Source: Chloroflexota bacterium (GTDB lineage Bacteria; Chloroflexota; UBA11872; VXNJ01). Taken from it: a stretch of DNA of 64,000 nucleotides. The position numbers and the translations under genes were made by a program. Of the stretch, positions 57,959 through 64,000 are shown one piece after another (the stretch's first letter is position 1; each line of letters opens with the position of its first letter). The stretch is taken from assembly GCA_965261345.1 (NCBI GenBank), contig OZ253449.1, forward strand, positions 1,952,001-2,016,000. The letters are read 5' to 3'. Under the pieces are notes generated by a model. That model was not told the DNA's origin, did no database searches, and saw nothing but the letters and a program-made list of their open reading frames with translations.

Positions 57959-58849
57959 CTAGATCACAACTGCGCAGCGCAATCGGGCGCTGCGGGCACG
58001 CCGATTGATCGCAACTTCAGCGTCGGTGGGGCGGAGCGGTTTTGGGGTCGCGATTGCCAAGCGCCCGGCCAATTTGGCTTGGCGAAAAGCCAGTTTGACC
58101 AACCGGTCCTCGGCGCTGTGAAAGGAGATCATCACAATCCGGGCGCCGCTTCCGCACAGCCGTTCGATCGCCGCCAGAAATCTTTCCAGGTTGCCCAACT
58201 CGTCATTGACCGCGATCCGGAGAGCCTGAAACGTGCGAGTGGCGGGATGGATTCGACCGCGCTGCCGGACCGCGGCCCGGGTTACCAGCCCGACCAGGGC
58301 GCTGGTTGTTGTTATCGGAGCGGCAGAGCGGGCCTGGGCTATCGCGCGGGCGATTCGCCGACTATTGCGCTCGTCGCCGTAACGAAACAGCAGGTCGGCC
58401 AATTCGATCTGCGGCAGTTCGTTAACCAGGTCGGCTGCAGTGGGCCCACGGTCGGGGTCAATTCGCATGTCCAGCGGGCCGGGTGCGGCAAACGAGAATC
58501 CACGTTCAGGGTCCGCGATCTGGTCGGACGAGATCCCCAGATCGGCAAGCACGCCATCGACGCGACCGAATCCCGCGGCTCGGGCAACCTCGACTACCTG
58601 GGCAAAATTGGAGCGGCGCAAGACCGCCCGTGGGCCGAATTGGGCCAGCCGGTCAGCGGCCCGGGCGATCGCCGAGGGGTCGGCGTCAAGACCCAGCAGA
58701 CGTCCGTGCGGGCGATTGCGTTGGAGGATCAGGGCGGAGTGGCCACCACCACCTACGGTTGCGTCGAGAAAATCGGCATTGGGAGTTGGGCTCAACTGCA
58801 CGAGCGTCTGGCGGGGCATCACCGGCTGGTGGGAGTATGGAATCGTCAC
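57959..58849 (-). CDS. rsmH: 16S rRNA m4C1402 methyltransferase
   Basis: HQPV, DATVGGGGH, DLGISS, RGFSF, TFQALRIAVN, SFHS; exact start uncertain. Confidence 0.93.
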   Translation of the reverse strand: MTIPYSHQPVMPRQTLVQLSPTPNADFLDATVGGGGHSALILQRNRPHGRLLGLDADPSAIARAADRLAQFGPRAVLRRSNFAQVVEVARAAGFGRVDGVLADLGISSDQIADPERGFSFAAPGPLDMRIDPDRGPTAADLVNELPQIELADLLFRYGDERNSRRIARAIAQARSAAPITTTSALVGLVTRAAVRQRGRIHPATRTFQALRIAVNDELGNLERFLAAIERLCGSGARIVMISFHSAEDRLVKLAFRQAKLAGRLAIATPKPLRPTDAEVAINRRARSARLRCAVVI

Positions 58850-58911
58850 CCGCACCGTCCGATTGGTAAGTGTGAGGCGGAGGGGAGGCGCTCCACCCCA
58901 CACTAGTACCC

Positions 58912-59355
58912 TTAAGTTGTTGGGCCGCGCTCAGCGGCGGCTCGGAACGTGTCGGCAATCGTTGCCGGGAGATCGGCTTGCAGGGCTGCCCATTGCTGGG
59001 CGCACCAGATTTCAACCCGTTCTCCGGCCCCTACCACGGCCACGTCCTTGGCAATACCGACCATTTCACGCAGGGGCGCGGGTATTGAGATGCGGCCCTG
59101 CTTGTCAAATTCGAGCGGAGCGGCATTGGCAAACAGCGCGCGGCGGGCATTGCGGCCCTCGCGGCGAAATTCATCCAGATTGGCAACCCGTTCGGCCTTG
59201 ACCGACCAAGCGGCGGTCGGCATTAGTTCCAAGCAGGAATCGATACCTCGGGTGATCATGCCGCCAGCGCTAAAGCCTTCGCGAAAACGTCTCGGCACGG
59301 TCAATCGCCCCTTGGGGTCGAGCGAGTGCATGTACGTGCCCATAAAACAGCTCAT
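58912..59355 (-). CDS. mraZ: Division/cell wall cluster transcriptional repressor
   Basis: FMGTYMHSLDPKGR, DKQGR, VEIW. Confidence 0.94.
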   Translation of the reverse strand: MSCFMGTYMHSLDPKGRLTVPRRFREGFSAGGMITRGIDSCLELMPTAAWSVKAERVANLDEFRREGRNARRALFANAAPLEFDKQGRISIPAPLREMVGIAKDVAVVGAGERVEIWCAQQWAALQADLPATIADTFRAAAERGPTT

Positions 59356-59402
59356 AGGCGTGCTGTACTCGCTCACTTCATCCTGATTGCAAGCAAAGTC
59401 TA

Positions 59403-59427
59403 CCACTTTGCCCCACTTCACACCACT
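59403..59427 (-). promoter_or_regulatory. MraZ binding site (three direct repeats, 10-bp period)
   Basis: Minus strand AGTGGtgtgaAGTGGggcaaAGTGG upstream of mraZ. Confidence 0.8.
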
Positions 59428-59537
59428 AATTGCCTCTCGCAATGCGATTCGGCCCATTTCTGATCCAATACCAGTCGGACGGATCTGCGGCGGGATCGCT
59501 TCTCGGGAAGCGATCTGCGCCGATCTAGCCGGGTCGG

Positions 59538-59984
59538 CTAGCGCTGGTGCTCATCAATCGCGGCGTTGGCCAGGCCGTCGGCCAGCTGGTTGCTACCGCG
59601 CCGCACGTGGACGAATTCAAGCCGTTCAAATTCCTGGCCAAGCTCAATGGCGGCCGACGCCAGCTCGCGTAAATTGGGGTGCTTGATCTTGTACCGACCG
59701 TTTAGCTGGCGAACCACCAACTCCGAATCGAGCCGACAACAGACGCGCCGCAGCCGCAGTTGGCGGGCCAGCTGCAGCCCCAGCAGCAGGGCCCGATATT
59801 CGGCGTCGTTGTTGGTGGCGCGACCCAGGTAGACCCGGGCCCGACCCAGTTCGGCGCCATCGCCGGTCACGACCACCGCCCCGGCCGCAGCCGGCCCTGG
59901 GTTACCGCGTGAAGCCCCGTCGGTATAGACGAAACCGTCAAAATCAGTTGGGAAGGCCAACCTATGCAAAGTCCCAAAACGCAT
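59538..59984 (-). CDS. Ribonuclease HI family protein
   Basis: TDGASRGNPG, TNNDAEY, DSELVVRQL, NQLADGLAN. Confidence 0.9.
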   Translation of the reverse strand: MRFGTLHRLAFPTDFDGFVYTDGASRGNPGPAAAGAVVVTGDGAELGRARVYLGRATNNDAEYRALLLGLQLARQLRLRRVCCRLDSELVVRQLNGRYKIKHPNLRELASAAIELGQEFERLEFVHVRRGSNQLADGLANAAIDEHQR

Positions 59985-60037
59985 TCGTACCGGTGGCCGT
60001 CAATTATGATGATTTGTGCCATCTCACTGGAGGGTAT

Positions 60038-61159
60038 GTGGCCCAAGCTCCCGATGGTCTAAGAGACGTAATCGCCGGCTCTTCGACGATCTGCTTCCTC
60101 GATGGACAGCTGGGAATCCTGCGGTACCGTGGCTATCCGATCGAGCAACTGGCGGCCCACTCGAACTTCGAGGAAGTGGCCCACCTGCTCTGGAAGGGGG
60201 AGCTGCCGAACGGCGACCAGCTTGCCTCGCTGACCCGGCGGTTGGCAGCGACTAGGATCCCGGCGCCGATCTGGGAAATCATCCGGCGCCTCGGCCCGGT
60301 TGAAATCATCGATGTACTGCGGACGGGGATTTCGGCGCTGGCCGGCTACGACCCCGAAGGCGGGGAAATTGACCCGCCGGCGCTGCGGCAACAGTCCGAG
60401 CGCCTGACCGCGCAGGCGGCGGCGATCGTCGCCGGAGCCTGGCGCATCAAGTGCGGCCAAGACCCGATCGAGCCCGATCCCGAACTGGGGTTTGCCGCCA
60501 ATTTCCTCTACCAGCTGCTCGGCCGCCCGGCCAGCCCGGTGGCCGCGCAAAGTCTCGACATCGCCCTGATCCTGCACGCTGAGCACGAGCTCAACGCGTC
60601 GACTTTTGCGGGGCGGGTGATAGTCGCCACGCTCACCGATCTGCACTCAGCCATCACCGGTGCGATCGGCGCCCTCAAGGGCCCGCTGCATGGCGGGGCC
60701 AATGCCGCCGCGCTGCGCATGCTCAGGGATATCGGGCCCAAACAAAATGCCGAAAAAGATATCCTGCGGAGGTTGGCCAATCGCGAGCGGGTAATGGGTT
60801 TTGGGCACGCCGTCTACCGCACCGCCGACCCACGGGCCGGTGTTTTGAAGGCGATGTCGAAGGCGCTCGGTCAGGATGTTGGCGATTCGACGCTCTACGA
60901 AACTTCCGCGGTGATCGAAAAGGTCATGCTGCGGGAGAAGAACCTCAACGCCAACGTTGACTTCTATTCGGCCAGCGTGTACCACAACCTGGGAATTCCG
61001 ACCGAGCTGTTCACGCCGATCTTTGCGATTTCGCGGATGACCGGCTGGACCGCCCATGTTATCGAACAGGTCGAAAACAACCGGATCATCCGGCCGCGTC
61101 TGGAATACGTGGGCGAGCCCGAGCGCCCATACCCGGTAGAGGGACAGCCGACCGAATAG
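60038..61159 (+). CDS. Citrate synthase / 2-methylcitrate synthase
   Basis: GTG start after GGAGG; HAEHELNAST, GPLHGGAN, GFGHAVY, NVDF. Confidence 0.92.
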   Translation: MAQAPDGLRDVIAGSSTICFLDGQLGILRYRGYPIEQLAAHSNFEEVAHLLWKGELPNGDQLASLTRRLAATRIPAPIWEIIRRLGPVEIIDVLRTGISALAGYDPEGGEIDPPALRQQSERLTAQAAAIVAGAWRIKCGQDPIEPDPELGFAANFLYQLLGRPASPVAAQSLDIALILHAEHELNASTFAGRVIVATLTDLHSAITGAIGALKGPLHGGANAAALRMLRDIGPKQNAEKDILRRLANRERVMGFGHAVYRTADPRAGVLKAMSKALGQDVGDSTLYETSAVIEKVMLREKNLNANVDFYSASVYHNLGIPTELFTPIFAISRMTGWTAHVIEQVENNRIIRPRLEYVGEPERPYPVEGQPTE

Positions 61160-61195
61160 CCTTCGCCGGTTCCCGCCCGGCGCGAGCGATGCCGA

Positions 61196-62596
61196 TTACC
61201 GGGTGGGCCGCATCGCGGCCAGCGCCGCGCCCAGTCCGTACAGCAATACCACCATCGAAAAGACCGCCAGGTATCCGTGGCGGGTTATCGCCTCCGGGGC
61301 TGTCACGGCGTTGCCGAGTCCTGTGGATGTGAGCACTACCGTGGTAAAGACCAGGCCCGCCAGCGTCTGGCCGGCCACTGCCGCAAACGACCGCATCCAG
61401 GCATTGGCGGCGCTGGCCAGCCCGATGTGGGCCGCGGCAACCGAACCGAGCACTGAACTGGCGTTGGGCGAGGCGAAAAGCCCCTGTCCGACGCCTGCCG
61501 CAAGCAGCCGCAATGCCACCGTCCAGGGTCTCGTTTCCGGCCCGACGAAGGCCATCGATAGCATTCCGACCGCCATCAGCACGAGGCCGGCCACGGCCGG
61601 GAGTTTTTCCCCGAATCGGTCAGCTAGCGCACCCGCCCGGAATGCCACCACGACCGCCCCGAGCGGGTAACTGGCAACTATCAGTCCGGACAGCTGCGGG
61701 CTAAGGCCCAGCTGCCGCTCGAGCAGAAACGGAGTGATCAGCGTGTGGGCGCCGATCGCCGCGAACCCGGCGATACCCGATCCAATGCTCAACGCAAAGC
61801 GCGGTTCAATCACCACCCGCAAGTCGACCAGCGGCCAGCTGATGGCGCGCTGGCGCCGGATGAATCCCACCAGACCGCCCGCCGCCACGGCAGCGCTCGG
61901 GATTACCAACAGACCGGATGGACCCGCGACCGCAACCTGATTGATCGCCAGGGTCAGGGCGGCAATCCACAGCGCCAGCAGCCCCGCCCCTGCCCAGTCG
62001 AATTGTCCCTGCTGGGTGTTACCGGGCACCGCCGGCAGGAACTTTCGCCCCAGCATAATTGCCGCCAAAGCCATCGGAACGGCCACCAGGAAAACCAGGC
62101 GCCATCCCAGCAGCCCGGATATCAGACCGCCGAGGATCGGCCCGGTCAACATGCCCAGGGCGATTACAGTCCCGTTGACCCCCATCGCCCGGCCGCGCAT
62201 ACCGGGCGGAAAGGCCTGGCCCAACAGCGCCCAGGCGCTGGAGGCAATAAGCGCCGATCCGGCGCCCTGGACGATGCGTGCGATCACCAGCACAGAAAGG
62301 GTGGGGGCCGACGCCGCCAAAACCGCAAACATGGCGTAAACGAGCAGGCCGGCCCGGGCCAACTGCGGCCTGCCTAGGCGATCGGCCAGACGACCGAGCG
62401 GAATGAGAAGACAAGCACTGGCCAGCAAAGGGGCTAGGTTGACCCATTGCGCCACGGACAAATCGATCGCCATTTCGCGGGCGATTGACGGGGTGGCGAC
62501 GACGACGGCGGCGGTATCGGCGGTTACCATAAAGACCGCCAGAGCGATCACTGCGGCGCGCGGCCAATTGGGTCGATCAGCCGAAGTTGGCGGCAT
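61196..62596 (-). CDS. MFS transporter (14-TM, DHA2/EmrB-like)
   Basis: GRLADRLGR, ARIVQGAG, GPILGG, GWRLVF. Confidence 0.88.
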   Translation of the reverse strand: MPPTSADRPNWPRAAVIALAVFMVTADTAAVVVATPSIAREMAIDLSVAQWVNLAPLLASACLLIPLGRLADRLGRPQLARAGLLVYAMFAVLAASAPTLSVLVIARIVQGAGSALIASSAWALLGQAFPPGMRGRAMGVNGTVIALGMLTGPILGGLISGLLGWRLVFLVAVPMALAAIMLGRKFLPAVPGNTQQGQFDWAGAGLLALWIAALTLAINQVAVAGPSGLLVIPSAAVAAGGLVGFIRRQRAISWPLVDLRVVIEPRFALSIGSGIAGFAAIGAHTLITPFLLERQLGLSPQLSGLIVASYPLGAVVVAFRAGALADRFGEKLPAVAGLVLMAVGMLSMAFVGPETRPWTVALRLLAAGVGQGLFASPNASSVLGSVAAAHIGLASAANAWMRSFAAVAGQTLAGLVFTTVVLTSTGLGNAVTAPEAITRHGYLAVFSMVVLLYGLGAALAAMRPTR

Positions 62597-62662
62597 TTCC
62601 TCGCGGTCGGGCGATCCGGTCAATCCGACTCCGAATGGCTGGTGCCGATCGCCGGCCGCCAA

Positions 62663-64000
62663 TCAAATTTGATCGGGAGTAACCACCCGGCCGCGGGTCG
62701 AGGCCAGAACCGCCCCGATGGCAAACAACGCCGCGGTCGCACCATATACCGCCCAATAGCCGTAGCGCGCGGTCTCAAACGGTGCGCTGAGGGCATCGTT
62801 GACCCCTTCGAAGGAAAGCACTACGGCAGCAAATACAAGTCCAAAGACAGCCTGCCCAAGGACGAAACCGAAGGTCCGCATCCAGGCGTTGAAAGCACCC
62901 GCCAGGCCGATTTGCGAACGCGGCAGCGAGCCCATGATGGAGGACGAATTGGGCGACATAAACAATCCCTGGCCCAACCCGACAAAAAGCATTCTGGCAC
63001 CCGCTTCCCACACTGACGACCCGGGACCGAGGGTCAGCATCGAAGCCACGCCTACGGCCATCATCAGCAGTCCCGCGGTCGCCGGCAGGCGAGGGCCGTA
63101 GCGGTCCACGAAAGCCCCGGCGCGAAACGCCAGCAGAACTGCCCCAACCGGCATCAGGGCCAGCAGCAGGCCGGCGGTGGGGGCCGAGAAGCCCATCACG
63201 TCTTGGAAGAGGAAGGGGGTCAGTAGCACGTGGCCGGAGATTCCAATGAACGTGATGAACCCGATTCCGATGGAAAGCGAGAACATTCGCACCTTAAAAA
63301 CCCGCAGATTGACCAGCGGGTTGGTGGACCTTAGCTGGCGCACCAGGAAAACTGCCGCCATCAACACCGCTGCCACGATAGCGACGACGATCAGCGGATC
63401 ACTCCAGCCGCGCACCGAGCTTTGATTGAGGCCGTAGACCAGCGAACCGATCCAGCCGACCAGGAGCACCGCGCTCAGCCAATCAACCCTTACCCGGCCT
63501 TCGGGCAGGACTTCCTCTTTTAGCACCCGGAATCCGACCGCCAATGAGACCAGCGCGATCGGGGCCGCAAGCAGGAAGATGAAGCGCCAGCCAAAAAATC
63601 CGGTGATGAGTCCGCCGATGATCGGCCCCGAGAGCAGCCCCAGCGATACCACCGAACCATTCAGGCCCATGGCCCGACCGCGCATCACCGACGGAAAAGC
63701 GGTAACCATCAGCGCATTGCCGGTCGATTGCAGCATCGCGCCCCCGATGCTCTGGGCGACCCGCGCGGCCACCAGAATCGGCAGATTGGGGCTCAGCGCC
63801 GAGGCGATCGCAAAAACGCCGTACACCGCAAACCCGACCAACGCCAGGCGCCGCCGCCCGATCAGGTCCGAGAGCCGCCCGAAAAACAGAATCAGGCTGG
63901 CGGTGCCCAGCATGTAACCCAAGGCGACCCATTGAGCCTGCGGCAGGTCCACCCCGAGGTCGTGAGCTATTGTGGGCAGGGCCACGCCCACGCTGGAAAC
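62663..64000 (-). CDS. MFS transporter (DHA2/EmrB-like), 5' end beyond the window; paralog of the neighbour
   Basis: GRLSDLIGRR, RGRAMGLNG, GPIIGG, GWRFIF. Confidence 0.88.
   Translation of the reverse strand, partial: VSSVGVALPTIAHDLGVDLPQAQWVALGYMLGTASLILFFGRLSDLIGRRRLALVGFAVYGVFAIASALSPNLPILVAARVAQSIGGAMLQSTGNALMVTAFPSVMRGRAMGLNGSVVSLGLLSGPIIGGLITGFFGWRFIFLLAAPIALVSLAVGFRVLKEEVLPEGRVRVDWLSAVLLVGWIGSLVYGLNQSSVRGWSDPLIVVAIVAAVLMAAVFLVRQLRSTNPLVNLRVFKVRMFSLSIGIGFITFIGISGHVLLTPFLFQDVMGFSAPTAGLLLALMPVGAVLLAFRAGAFVDRYGPRLPATAGLLMMAVGVASMLTLGPGSSVWEAGARMLFVGLGQGLFMSPNSSSIMGSLPRSQIGLAGAFNAWMRTFGFVLGQAVFGLVFAAVVLSFEGVNDALSAPFETARYGYWAVYGATAALFAIGAVLASTRGRVVTPDQI

Noticed and set aside
57524-58906. 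460-aa plus-strand ORF and similar long antisense ORFs elsewhere
   Set aside because: Expected shadows in GC-rich DNA opposite well-supported genes (ftsL-like, rsmH)
1-64000. CRISPR arrays, IS elements, prophage or defence systems
   Set aside because: No repeat-spacer array, transposase, integrase, phage or defence nuclease motif recognised

Overview
A GC-rich bacterial chromosomal segment with about 58 CDS, one tRNA-Thr(UGU), and no mobile element, prophage or CRISPR array. The left two thirds (1-45 kb) are mostly paralog-rich catabolism: 3 sulfatase-fold enzymes, 4 Gfo/Idh/MocA oxidoreductases plus a decayed copy, 3 PhyH-family dioxygenases, a GH51 glycosidase, an IolE-like enzyme, SDRs, an aldolase and an amidase. 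The same part holds a futalosine menaquinone operon (mqnE-A-C-D), a five-gene binding protein/histidine kinase/partner-switching operon, a formylglycine-generating enzyme (FGE) and a glutaredoxin-FIST pair. The right third is core: ilvD, hisS, a reduced dcw cluster (mraZ to ftsZ-yggS-yggT), RNase HI, citrate synthase and two MFS transporters. The gene content suggests a monoderm, possibly Chloroflexota-like organism (inference only). Most notable oddities: (1) two sulfatase-fold enzymes have Thr at the nucleophile position; (2) an apparently intergenic stretch at 9.0-9.56 kb is a fragmented paralog of its neighbour; (3) the FIST gene seems to need a CTG start or a frameshift; (4) a 12-bp inverted repeat brackets an Rrf2-like box upstream of a sulfurtransferase; (5) FtsI has KTA instead of KTG; (6) the signalling operon has no sigma factor. 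All calls come from reading motifs by eye; no database search was run.
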